Below, piece by piece: positions 18,888 through 27,644 of a DNA stretch of 46,694 bases. The notes under the pieces are model-generated. The model had not been told where the DNA came from, ran no database searches, and was given only the letters and a program-made list of their open reading frames with translations. The stretch lies in NCBI GenBank assembly GCA_018818345.1, contig JAHISI010000016.1, forward strand, positions 1-46,694. The letters run 5' to 3'. The stretch is from Patescibacteria group bacterium. GTDB lineage: Bacteria; Patescibacteriota; Dojkabacteria; SC72. Within the stretch, counting starts at the first letter, position 1, and each line of letters begins with the position of its first letter. Both the position numbers and the translations under genes were made by a program.

Positions 18888-20579
18888 TTAGAATTTTTTA
18901 ATTTTAGATATTAAACCTTTGAATTGATACTTTCTAATTGCTTTTACAAAATCTTTGTCTTCAAAGTACTTCTTTTCGACCATTAATAGATCGATTCTAT
19001 TAAATCCTAGTCCTGTTTCTCTTATCTCATCTGTATTTCGATGTTGTATGATCATTGCATCTAAAGAAGCGTTTACTTTAAGGCCTTCTATTGCCTTCCA
19101 TTTCTCTAGGCCTTTATTTATATCTAACCCATTGATTCTTATGCCTTCATCTTTGTATTCTCCGATAACGGCATCTTGTTTGAGGTACGATCCAAAGAGT
19201 GATTTCTTACGAAGTAGGGTAGGAATGTCTTGTGTACTATTACCTACAATTACTATCTGCTTTGTATTATTGCCTTTAACTAGCGCTTTTACATATTTCT
19301 CATATACTTCTTCTCTAGATTCTCCGATAACTGGATACACATTGAGATATGCTTCGGGCATGATATTGATTTCAATTATTCCGCCATTCTCTTGTGTAAG
19401 AGGTTTTGATATGTCCTGACAAAGGATATCGACACCTAACGTAAATGCATGGATAGAGGAAGCTATACTTTCTACGATTGCTTTAATCTCAGGTCCAACC
19501 TTTTCTGTAAAGTCTTCTGTGATACCACCTTGGCTCATACTTGCTACCTTTCTAACATAGATTTTCTGTTCTTTCTTAGGAATAGATTCTAATGTAAGTT
19601 TTTGGTCTTTGAGATATGAGAGTAGGGGTTCATCGATTATTATTGGTTTAAGTGTATGGGTTGGATTGGTTACATCCCTTCGAGGGTCAGTATTGGTTAC
19701 TTCTATTAATTCTTTTATTGTACTCTTGCCATTTCCTACAATGAAAGCAGGGATTCTCTTCGTGGTTATTTCTAGATGACCATCTATAACCAAGAGCCTG
19801 TAATCTTCCCCTTTGATTTGTTCTTGCATCATTATCTTGTTCTGCCATTCTTTCCCGATGTGTTTGCTACATGCCTTTTGTGCAAATTTGAATGCGTCCT
19901 TAGCTTCTTCTATAGTTTTGATACTTGTTACTACTCCATGTCCGCCAACTAAGCCAACAGGCTTAATGACTACGGGTTTTTCATATTGGCTCCAAATCTC
20001 TTCGAGTTGAGTAATATTATCTACTACTTGCCATTTAGGAATAGGGAGGCCCATACGCTCAATCATTAAATTACTTGCCCACTTATCTTTTTGTATTGTT
20101 TGAGCAATCTTCGAATCTTTACTAGAGGACACGGAATACAGGATCTCGGAGTGTTTTCCTACACCAATTGTGTAATGTCTATTGTATCCTTTCGAATATG
20201 TTACTCTCTGGTCTTGAACTAAAGTAGGCGTTGTTTCAAGTCCTAGCTTGTTTGCAATGTGTAGGATGGGGATGGTAACCATGGAGAGAAGTCTCTGTTT
20301 TATGACCTCTTCTAATGTATATTTTTTTGCTTCTTCATAGCTCATCTTTCCATTATCTAGAGCTACAATTATCTCTCCAAGTTCTCTCCAGAGAGATGTC
20401 ATTTGAGAACGTATGCTTAGGATATCATTTTCAAACTTATATTCTCTAATGAACAAAGGATGAAATCCCTTGAGCATTTCTAAATATTTTACAATCGCAT
20501 CTGATTTATGGACGTTGAGTTTAATAACTGAGAGATCTGATTCTAGATTGAGACCTTGTAGAACTTGCACGTTACTCAT
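18888..20579 (-). CDS. Cyanophycin-synthetase-like ATP-grasp protein with reduced N-domain and truncated Mur-ligase-like domain
   Basis: KDKW..PVVIKP..GHGV..GEDYRLLV..IVGNGKSTIKELI..NTDPRR..SMSQGG..GVDI..IIEIN. The C-terminal ETGLGFNRIDL resembles CphA, but there is no GTNGKT P-loop. Confidence 0.8.
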   Translation of the reverse strand: MSNVQVLQGLNLESDLSVIKLNVHKSDAIVKYLEMLKGFHPLFIREYKFENDILSIRSQMTSLWRELGEIIVALDNGKMSYEEAKKYTLEEVIKQRLLSMVTIPILHIANKLGLETTPTLVQDQRVTYSKGYNRHYTIGVGKHSEILYSVSSSKDSKIAQTIQKDKWASNLMIERMGLPIPKWQVVDNITQLEEIWSQYEKPVVIKPVGLVGGHGVVTSIKTIEEAKDAFKFAQKACSKHIGKEWQNKIMMQEQIKGEDYRLLVIDGHLEITTKRIPAFIVGNGKSTIKELIEVTNTDPRRDVTNPTHTLKPIIIDEPLLSYLKDQKLTLESIPKKEQKIYVRKVASMSQGGITEDFTEKVGPEIKAIVESIASSIHAFTLGVDILCQDISKPLTQENGGIIEINIMPEAYLNVYPVIGESREEVYEKYVKALVKGNNTKQIVIVGNSTQDIPTLLRKKSLFGSYLKQDAVIGEYKDEGIRINGLDINKGLEKWKAIEGLKVNASLDAMIIQHRNTDEIRETGLGFNRIDLLMVEKKYFEDKDFVKAIRKYQFKGLISKIKKF

Positions 20580-20589
20580 AATGGTAGAC

Positions 20590-21579
20590 TTATAATTTAT
20601 TTGTGTACTTATCTCTAATATATTCCATAATAGGGATGGCGACCTTCACCTTTTCACCCTTGTCAGCTTTGTAATGTAATCTTAATCCAGGGTTGTAGTT
20701 AATTTCATTAATTCCACACTTACCTGGTTTTGTTATATCTTCTGCAATGATATCTACACCCCCAAATTCTAAATCAAGAGCCTTAACGGCCTTCACAGCG
20801 AGCTCTTTGTAGTATGGATCCACGATGGATGCGCACTCTTCTGTAGTGCCTCCAGTGGTGAGGTTACAATTGTATCTGAGAGTTATAACTTGGCCTTCGT
20901 CAGGAATGGTATCTAATGTAAGGTCGGCATTTTTTAATCGTATTTCCACTTCGGAATCTATTGGAATTGGCTTGAGAATGAGTAGACTACGCTCTTTATT
21001 TGAAATATCAATTAATTCTCTTATAGTGTTCTTACTATTACCAATAACCACAGGAGCCTTCCTCCAGACTATTCCAACAACGTTTTCACCAACTACTAGG
21101 AAGCGATAGTTCTCTCCTTTTATGAATTCTTCTCCTAGTACTTTTACTTCTCCTTTTGATCTGTCTTTTTCTAAAGCTTCGTTAAAAGAAGAAATCACTT
21201 GCTCTTCAGTTTCTGGGAGTAGGGTAATGCCTTTTCCTCCGAGTTGTTGTGAGGGTTTTATTACAATGTCTTTGTACTTATTGAAGAACTTTATAGCATC
21301 GATAGCGCTACTCAAGCCTTCTTGCTTTGGGACATCTACACCATATGAACTTAATACCATGTTAGTTAAGTTTTTACGTTTTGAAATGGTAGCACTTGGG
21401 GAGGAGGTTAGTGGGGTGACTGTGTTTATAATGAACCAATGCTTATCTCCAACCTCAAACTTAGCAATTAGGCTTCTCACAACTATTGAATACTTGATAC
21501 TTAAGATATCTGCAGCTTCTACATAGTATGCTAAATGCACATTACCAGCCTCTTTCAAATATTCTTCGTATGTTTTCAT
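20590..21579 (-). CDS. Stand-alone CphA/GshF-type ATP-grasp ligase
   Basis: IVIKP..GGKGIT, EEFIKGENYRFLV, VIGNSKNTIRELI, NLTTGG, GVDIIAEDI and EINYNPGL. Confidence 0.82.
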   Translation of the reverse strand: MKTYEEYLKEAGNVHLAYYVEAADILSIKYSIVVRSLIAKFEVGDKHWFIINTVTPLTSSPSATISKRKNLTNMVLSSYGVDVPKQEGLSSAIDAIKFFNKYKDIVIKPSQQLGGKGITLLPETEEQVISSFNEALEKDRSKGEVKVLGEEFIKGENYRFLVVGENVVGIVWRKAPVVIGNSKNTIRELIDISNKERSLLILKPIPIDSEVEIRLKNADLTLDTIPDEGQVITLRYNCNLTTGGTTEECASIVDPYYKELAVKAVKALDLEFGGVDIIAEDITKPGKCGINEINYNPGLRLHYKADKGEKVKVAIPIMEYIRDKYTNKL

Positions 21580-23036
21580 TATTTAAATGTTTTACTCGTA
21601 TCAATTAAGTAATCTCTTAAGTCATTTCTACCTAAGGTGACAGAATGTGTACTGTCTTCGGTTACAATCATCTCGAGGTCTCGAATCTCTCCTGAAATCT
21701 TTACTTTAACAATGATAACAGGTCTGATTACAATTTGCCCATCTTCAAAGATTTTTGCCAAACGTATAATATATTCGTCACTTGTACTATTCTTGCTGTA
21801 TTCATCGATATAGTCTTGAGCATCTGTAAAAGTATCAAAAGTTTTAGGACATTTGAGATAATCAAACTGTCTCATTGTTTCAAAATATCCCATTCGTGAT
21901 ACATAGCTTCTGGATATACGAGAAGTTATAGCTCCTGTATCTACAAATGCAGTGGTAAGTTCTCTGTCTTTGTTTTCATTCTTACTACCTTCTTTGTATG
22001 ATTTGTAGTAAAGGGTTATCTTCTCATTAATATTTATAACCTTTCTTCCACTAATAGCTTCAATGCTGTCTTCGACTTCACCGCCAAAGAGGTTTTTTGC
22101 TACTCTAATTCCATGCTTAATACTTTTTACAGAAAGCCCTTTGATTTTTTCTAATCTCCATTTTAATCCGGCTTGGTTGGCTACTTGTATACCAAGACCA
22201 GGTCTAGCATTTAGCTCAAATACAATTGGACCTTTGTCTGCATCTAATGCTATATCTACACCTACATATCCAAGCTTGCTTGCTTTTTGACATCTTACAG
22301 CTATATCCAATATCTTGTCCCAATCAGGTATCTGAACGCCTGAAAGTTTTTTGTTAATTTTTAGATCTTGAGTCGAATCGATCATCTCATATGTATCACT
22401 TAAGAACGATTTATTGTTCATGTGCATAGAGTAGGTGGTTATACCTGTTCCAATGTCTATACCGGTACATATCGCTCCTGAGTGGAGATTGGCGGTACCA
22501 TTAGATCTTCTAGTAGGTATTCTAATCATGGCCATAATCGGTACTAGGTTGAAGCAGATGATTCTTAAATCGGGTACGCCTTTGTAGGAGTATTGTTTTA
22601 GGAATGAATCTGTTCGGACTCTTTCTTCGATGATTGCGATGTCACTTCTTTCGCCCATTGAGAATCTTCCTTCAAGGATATTTTCAATGTGTAAAGTGAG
22701 ATCTTTCTTTGATAGTACCTCTCCGCCTGGTCTAATCCATGCTAATTCTCCTTTTTTACGACCATAGAGGACGAGGATTCCATTCCCACCAGTTCCTTGA
22801 TTAGGTTTAATTACGAAGCTTTTTGGTAATGACTCCCAATCTAAGAAGGCTAATTGCTTTCTGTTTTTTATTAACTTGTATACTTCAGAGGTTTGTATTC
22901 CTTCTCTAGCCAATAGCTTCTTTGTAGCTATCTTGTTGTCTGCTAGTGCCTTAGCTTTTGGATGGTTGTATGGACGAACATATTCCTGATTTCGTCTATT
23001 GAGCCCTAATACTTCGTTCATTCTACTTCTGAACAT
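21579..23036 (-). CDS. Alpha-L-glutamate-ligase-like ATP-grasp protein fused to a C-terminal retropepsin-like protease domain
   Basis: LGLNRRN, FVIKPNQGTGG, GVPDLRII, ANLHSGA and ELNARPGLGIQVAN, followed by FVDTGA..RPVI..TLGRNDL. Confidence 0.85.
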   Translation of the reverse strand: MFRSRMNEVLGLNRRNQEYVRPYNHPKAKALADNKIATKKLLAREGIQTSEVYKLIKNRKQLAFLDWESLPKSFVIKPNQGTGGNGILVLYGRKKGELAWIRPGGEVLSKKDLTLHIENILEGRFSMGERSDIAIIEERVRTDSFLKQYSYKGVPDLRIICFNLVPIMAMIRIPTRRSNGTANLHSGAICTGIDIGTGITTYSMHMNNKSFLSDTYEMIDSTQDLKINKKLSGVQIPDWDKILDIAVRCQKASKLGYVGVDIALDADKGPIVFELNARPGLGIQVANQAGLKWRLEKIKGLSVKSIKHGIRVAKNLFGGEVEDSIEAISGRKVININEKITLYYKSYKEGSKNENKDRELTTAFVDTGAITSRISRSYVSRMGYFETMRQFDYLKCPKTFDTFTDAQDYIDEYSKNSTSDEYIIRLAKIFEDGQIVIRPVIIVKVKISGEIRDLEMIVTEDSTHSVTLGRNDLRDYLIDTSKTFK

Positions 23037-23691
23037 TGTCTTTGTTTTGGCTAATTGATTTAAATCTGAACAGATCCTTCACTCTTAATCCTGCAAACTG
23101 GCCAATGAAGATGTTAAATACAATTAGAAGAGGAACAATCCAGAGGTTGTTTATGAAATACTCAGATACTGCATCTCTGGTTATGACAAACCATCCTAAT
23201 GCAGCTATGATTACGGTACTTGAAAGAATCATAACTGAGGACTTGAAGGATTTTTTAACATATTGCTTTATGAAGAAGTCTGAAAGTGCGGCAATTGAAA
23301 TTACTGCCAATCCGGAGATATTTGTCATGTTTTCTAAACCTAGACCAAATCTTTCTACAACAATGAAGAATACCACTAACATTATGGCTAGCAAACAATA
23401 GTTTACAGCTATCCTGGCGATGTAGTGCATACGTACTTTTCTAAGGATAGTGTATGAGAGTAGGGTAGTTAGTATGACGATTAGGGTTATGGCTAATCCA
23501 TATTTAAGTCCAGTATATGAATATGCAATTGCCAAGATTATTGGCGCATATATTCCATATGTTTTGGACCCTATGACGTATCTAGCTATACTTACAATGG
23601 TAGCTACGATCATTACAGCGAGTAACAATTCAAGTACCTGTTGAGGAACGCCAGTCGTAATCATCCATTGTGTAAAAGGTGTATAGGTCAT
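23023..23691 (-). CDS. 7TM membrane protein of the family normally fused to inactive transglutaminases
   Basis: About 7 hydrophobic helices with ARYVIGSKTYGIYAPIILA, RMHYIAR and IGQFAGLRVKDLFRF; it overlaps the ligase gene downstream. Confidence 0.78.
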   Translation of the reverse strand: MTYTPFTQWMITTGVPQQVLELLLAVMIVATIVSIARYVIGSKTYGIYAPIILAIAYSYTGLKYGLAITLIVILTTLLSYTILRKVRMHYIARIAVNYCLLAIMLVVFFIVVERFGLGLENMTNISGLAVISIAALSDFFIKQYVKKSFKSSVMILSSTVIIAALGWFVITRDAVSEYFINNLWIVPLLIVFNIFIGQFAGLRVKDLFRFKSISQNKDNVQK

Positions 23692-23731
23692 TGAAATATA
23701 TGTGTATTAAATTAAGGCAGATTCTGGTTAG

Positions 23732-23761
23732 ATTATACTTAATTTGGGGTGTATTTGTCGA
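23732..23761 (-). promoter_or_regulatory. Promoter of the ATP-grasp operon
   Basis: Minus strand TCGACA-18 bp-TATAAT about 40 nt upstream of ATG 23691. Confidence 0.55.
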
Positions 23762-23790
23762 TGGGAGTTCAGAAATTCATAATTATCAGA

Positions 23791-23997
23791 AGGACTGACC
23801 TAGGTCAGTCCTGTCTAACCAATTTTTCCAATAAAACCAGTGTAGGGAAGGGAAAACGCACATTTGGTACTGTGCAGATAATTAGAAAAACAGGGTAATC
23901 TGATATAGCACTAAATTGCAAAAAGTGATCGCCAAGCCCGTCCAATCCAATGTAAAATGGCTTTGCACATTAATGAGGACTGACCTAGGTCTGACCT
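23791..23997. repeat. Two REP-like doublets of the unit AGGWCWGWCCT
   Basis: Perfect 22-bp palindrome AGGACTGACCTAGGTCAGTCCT (23791-23812) and variant AGGACTGACCTAGGTCTGACCT (23976-23997). Confidence 0.75.
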
Positions 23998-24011
23998 TTT
24001 TGTTTATTAAT

Positions 24012-24037
24012 AAAAAAGAGCCATATTGCTATGGCTC
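24012..24037 (-). terminator. Intrinsic terminator after rplL
   Basis: Minus strand GAGCCATA-GCAA-TATGGCTC-TTTTTT. Confidence 0.85.
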
Positions 24038-24064
24038 CTCTTACGATCTATCTATGTAGAACTA

Positions 24065-24469
24065 TTATTTCAATTCTACAGTTGCACCTGCTTCTTCAAA
24101 TTTTGCTTTGATAGCTTCTGCATCTTCCTTTTTGACACCTTCTTTGACTGTCTGAGGAGCTGCATCAACCATATCCTTAGCTTCTTTGAGACCAAGTTCT
24201 GTGATTTCTCTTACAACTTTGATAACAGAGATCTTCTGTGCGCCAGCGTCTTTAAGAACAATGTCAAACATTGTTTTCTCTTCGACTTCTTCTGCTGGTG
24301 CTGCTGCTACTCCTGCTACTGCAACTGGAGCTGCTGCACTTACTCCAAACTTGTCTTCCATAACTTTGACTAAGTCTGCGAGTTCAAGCACTGTCATCTT
24401 CTCTACTATTTCCATAACTTTCTTTGCGTTCTCAGAAAGCTCTGGTAATGTTTTTGCTTCGTCTGCCAT
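24065..24469 (-). CDS. rplL: 50S ribosomal protein bL12 (L7/L12)
   Basis: [19 protein letters not shown] hinge, [20 protein letters not shown] and GATVELK. Confidence 0.97.
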   Translation of the reverse strand: MADEAKTLPELSENAKKVMEIVEKMTVLELADLVKVMEDKFGVSAAAPVAVAGVAAAPAEEVEEKTMFDIVLKDAGAQKISVIKVVREITELGLKEAKDMVDAAPQTVKEGVKKEDAEAIKAKFEEAGATVELK

Positions 24470-24509
24470 TTTTGTAGATATGTATAAATTAAATAACTAA
24501 ATTATGTCC

Positions 24510-25031
24510 TTAAGCATCCTTTTCAGAAATGCCCTTTAGAACCATTGTTAAACCTCTGACATTGCCAGTAACGGCATTCATAAAGCCAGAGAGTGGGGCG
24601 ACCATAGTGCCCAGTAACTTACCAAGTAATACTTCTCTTGAAGGAATATCTGCTAATTGCATTACTCTTTCTGCTGTCAAAAACTCTCCTTCATATACAC
24701 CACCTCTTGCTTCAAAAAGCTTGGTAACTTTTTGTGCTTCTTTTACTAATTTTGCTGGAGCTGTTGGATCTTCATCAAAGAATATAATTGCAGTAGGACC
24801 ATCAAACTCTTGTGTTTGTAATGGTTGTTCTGCTTCTTGTAGTGCTATTTTAAAGATACTATTCTTTACTACTTCGTAGTTAGCACCTACACCTTTTAAC
24901 TGGATCTTAAGGCCTGTTACAGTCTTAGTATCTGTCTTTTCAGAGTTGATTAAAAGATATCCAACCTTGTTTTTAAGGATTTCTTTATATCCATTTAATA
25001 ACTCCGTTTTTTGGGAACGTGTCTTAGACAT
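24510..25031 (-). CDS. rplJ: 50S ribosomal protein uL10
   Basis: VVKNSIFKIA, GPTAI and LADIPSREVLLGKL; directly upstream of rplL. Confidence 0.93.
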   Translation of the reverse strand: MSKTRSQKTELLNGYKEILKNKVGYLLINSEKTDTKTVTGLKIQLKGVGANYEVVKNSIFKIALQEAEQPLQTQEFDGPTAIIFFDEDPTAPAKLVKEAQKVTKLFEARGGVYEGEFLTAERVMQLADIPSREVLLGKLLGTMVAPLSGFMNAVTGNVRGLTMVLKGISEKDA

Positions 25032-25062
25032 ATTTATTATTTATTAATTGAATTCACTATTT

Positions 25063-25101
25063 ACCTCACAAGGATTTATTCTATACCTTGTTTCTTAGGT
25101 T
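25063..25101 (-). promoter_or_regulatory. L10 autoregulatory leader RNA
   Basis: Minus strand AACCTAAGAAACAAGG..CCTTGTGAGGT matches the L10-leader kink-turn pattern and lies between the rplJ promoter and rplJ. Confidence 0.65.
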
Positions 25102-25116
25102 AATATATGGCTTGGA

Positions 25117-25144
25117 TTATATCAGTAGAATGGGGTAGGGTCAA
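25117..25144 (-). promoter_or_regulatory. rplJL promoter
   Basis: Minus strand TTGACC-17 bp-TATAAT with an extended TG. Confidence 0.7.
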
Positions 25145-25145
25145 G

Positions 25146-25249
25146 GACTTGCTCGGAAAGGTGGATCTATGAAATATTCAAAAAACTACGCGTAGTTTTT
25201 AATTTTCTGAATAAATACATTCATGATCCACCCTCCGGGTTCGCAAGTC
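25146..25249. repeat. Long imperfect inverted repeat (rod hairpin)
   Basis: GACTTGC/GCAAGTC, CTCGGA/TCCGGG, GGTGGATC/GATCCACC, ATGAA/TTCAT and TATTCA/TGAATA around the perfect palindrome AAAAACTACGCGTAGTTTTT. Confidence 0.8.
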
Positions 25250-25264
25250 TACCGATTTGTTATA

Positions 25265-25714
25265 TTACCAGTTGAGGTCTTCCATAAATATGGAAGGACT
25301 CAGCCCGACAAGGGATGGAATAATTTGAAGCTCCTCGCCCTCATATCTTTGTTGCTTTCTGGGCTTTTTGGGGAATGCTGGTTCCTGTTTGATATACGAT
25401 AAAGAGGTTTCATCATTCTTTTTCACCTCACGGAAGTAAAACAGTATTCCTTCTTTAGTGCAAATTTTGATTGTATTCCAACACTTTCGTTTGTTTGAAA
25501 TAATATGGAAAACACGTTCTCCCATATGTAGGATAGTACCATCAATCCAGGGAATAATTTTCTCCTTAGTTTGCGGAATATCCTTTTCCAAAAAACATGG
25601 AGGTTCTGAAAATGGTTTTAAACTTTTCGAAACTACCTTTGTTTGATATGGATGGGGATCCCCTTGTCGAGGGCATTCCTTGCAGAATTTAGTGTTGCCA
25701 CATAAATTACACAT
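25265..25714 (-). CDS. Orphan hypothetical protein with N-terminal CxxC..CxxC
   Basis: Own promoter (TTTACA-17-TAGAAT), SD-like AAGGGAG and MCNLCGNTKFCKEC. Confidence 0.6.
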   Translation of the reverse strand: MCNLCGNTKFCKECPRQGDPHPYQTKVVSKSLKPFSEPPCFLEKDIPQTKEKIIPWIDGTILHMGERVFHIISNKRKCWNTIKICTKEGILFYFREVKKNDETSLSYIKQEPAFPKKPRKQQRYEGEELQIIPSLVGLSPSIFMEDLNW

Positions 25715-25834
25715 CTTTTACACTCCCTTATGATTATGAAATGAGCAACGATAGGTCGGTAGACCTGTTGCCTAGATATTCTATCCTATAGATATGGGGT
25801 TGTAAAGATATATTGTGATAAATAGGGGGATTCA

Positions 25835-25927
25835 AGAGCGAGTTGGGTGATTTATATAATTAAAGAGTTTAGATGGCTCACGTGTTGCCTCTAAGGTCTA
25901 CTATTAATTTGTCTCTCAACTCGCTCT
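25835..25927. repeat. Long imperfect inverted repeat (rod hairpin)
   Basis: AGAGCGAGTTG/CAACTCGCTCT (11 bp perfect), AATTAA/TTAATT, TTAGA/TCTAA and GGC/GCC, with apical CACGTG. Confidence 0.75.
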
Positions 25928-26004
25928 CTTTTGTCTTTTTGCTCTTGTTTAGGGTTTGTTTCAGTGTGTTACTTACAGAGATAAATGGAGATTATGTTAT
26001 TTAA

Positions 26005-26352
26005 TCAATCTATGGTTACGCTTAAAAGCCTGGTAGCCCGATTGATTCTCTCTACATATAATGTAATGGGAATAACTTTATCATTCTCCTTATCTTCGAT
26101 CTCTGTATGAATTTTTTCACTTCGCGTTGAAAATGGTTCACGGCTTTTGATTGGGAACTTGACGCTATTAAACTTCACGTTCTCATCTCTTTCCATGATA
26201 AAATCACAGAAAGTACCATCACCATTACACGGAATGAGCAATTCAATTTCAGTAAAAAAAAGGAACAGCTTTTTATCTTTCTTTAATACAATCAGACCAG
26301 GATAGCATTTCTCTTCGTTATACTCGTTTCCTTGTACAGTTGTAATACACAT
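26005..26352 (-). CDS. Orphan hypothetical protein
   Basis: Own promoter (TTTACG-17-TATAAT) and AAGGA SD; no recognised motif. Confidence 0.6.
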   Translation of the reverse strand: MCITTVQGNEYNEEKCYPGLIVLKKDKKLFLFFTEIELLIPCNGDGTFCDFIMERDENVKFNSVKFPIKSREPFSTRSEKIHTEIEDKENDKVIPITLYVERINRATRLLSVTID

Positions 26353-26448
26353 TTTTCTTTATCCTTTTTTTATTTGTAATACCCTTAAGAGCAACAAGAC
26401 ACCCATATTATATCCCATAGAGTGTATGTCGTAAAGGTATGTATAAAC

Positions 26449-26474
26449 AAAAAGACCCCCTTACGGAGGTCTTT
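26449..26474 (-). terminator. Intrinsic terminator after rplA
   Basis: Minus strand AAAGACCTCC-GTAA-GGGGGTC-TTTTT. Confidence 0.85.
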
Positions 26475-26496
26475 CAATTACAATATGTTATATCTA

Positions 26497-27183
26497 CTAT
26501 GCTTTAGAGTAGGCTATCTTAACACTTGCACCCATTGTAGGAGCAAGATGCATCTTCTGTAGAATTTGATCCACAGGTTTGCCTAATACTTCTTCAATAG
26601 AGGTAACACCTGCGTGTACATTTTCTACCAATTTAGCATCATCCATATCCAATTTACCTACATTCATATGTATAACTCCAGAGTCATCACATGCAAATGT
26701 CTGCTTACCCTTTTTGTATTCAGAAACAGCCTTCTCAATATCATCAGTAACTGTACCATTCTTAGGACTTGGCATTAAACCCTTAGGACCTAATTCTTTG
26801 CCAATTACAGCAATCTTAGGCATAACTGCAGGAGTAGCAATAGCTACATCAAATTCAATCTTACCTGCTTTAATATCCTTCATCAATTGCTCCATACCTA
26901 CTAAATCTGCACCAGCAGCTTTAGCAACCTCATCCATATCAGGAGTAGCAAATACTGCAACTCTAACAACCTTGTTACCACTAGCATTAGGAAGTGAGAT
27001 TGCACCTTTTATAGATTTAGGATCTCTATCCTTAGGAACTTTAACATCAACATGTAATTCTAATGTACCTGTGAAGTTAGAGTAGGAGAGGGACTTAACT
27101 TTTTTAACACCTTCTGCAACAGAATATGTTAACTCTCTATCTAATCCCTTTGTTGTCTTAATATATTTTTTTCCTCTTTTCAT
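26497..27183 (-). CDS. rplA: 50S ribosomal protein uL1
   Basis: AGADLVG, FDVAIATP, LGPKGLMPSPKNGTVT and PTMGASV. Confidence 0.97.
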   Translation of the reverse strand: MKRGKKYIKTTKGLDRELTYSVAEGVKKVKSLSYSNFTGTLELHVDVKVPKDRDPKSIKGAISLPNASGNKVVRVAVFATPDMDEVAKAAGADLVGMEQLMKDIKAGKIEFDVAIATPAVMPKIAVIGKELGPKGLMPSPKNGTVTDDIEKAVSEYKKGKQTFACDDSGVIHMNVGKLDMDDAKLVENVHAGVTSIEEVLGKPVDQILQKMHLAPTMGASVKIAYSKA

Positions 27184-27202
27184 ATTTGTATATCGCTTGT
27201 AA

Positions 27203-27628
27203 TTAAAGTTCTACTTCTACACCCATCTGTTTTGCAGTACCAGCAATAATCTTTGCTGCTTGCTCTGGGTCTGATGTATTTAAATCTGGCATCTTTACTT
27301 CAACAATCTTCAAAACTTGCTCTTTAGTAAGTTTTCCAACTTTATCTAAGTTTGGTCTTGCTGAACCTAATTTGATATGTAATTCTCTTCTAATCAATTC
27401 AGATGTAGGAGGAGTCTTTAATTCAAATCCAAATGTTCTGTCTTCGTAGATTGTTAAGATTACAGGAGTTAAGATACCATCATTCTCTCTTGTTTTCTCA
27501 TTAAACTGTGCACAGAAATCCTGAGCGTTAATACCGTAAGGAGCAAGAGTTGGACCTATTGGAGGTGCCATGGTTGCCTTACCTGCTGGTATCGTTATCT
27601 TAATTATTTTTTTTACTATTTTTGCCAT
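27203..27628 (-). CDS. rplK: 50S ribosomal protein uL11
   Basis: PAGKATMAPPIGPTL, FCAQFN, KTPP, KMPDLN and GTAKQMG. Confidence 0.97.
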   Translation of the reverse strand: MAKIVKKIIKITIPAGKATMAPPIGPTLAPYGINAQDFCAQFNEKTRENDGILTPVILTIYEDRTFGFELKTPPTSELIRRELHIKLGSARPNLDKVGKLTKEQVLKIVEVKMPDLNTSDPEQAAKIIAGTAKQMGVEVEL

Positions 27629-27644
27629 ATCAATATATATTTAA

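Noticed and set aside
23791..23997. CRISPR array
   Set aside because: Only two repeat copies 185 bp apart, no spacer periodicity and no cas genes. No CRISPR array was seen anywhere in the window.
25146..25249. Long hairpin as the L10 leader
   Set aside because: It lies upstream of the rplJ promoter, and a better L10-leader match is at 25063-25101.
25146..25927. Canonical integron attC sites
   Set aside because: An ATATAAC follows one ORF, but no matching GTTRRRY closes either hairpin and no intI is present. Kept only as a non-canonical hypothesis.
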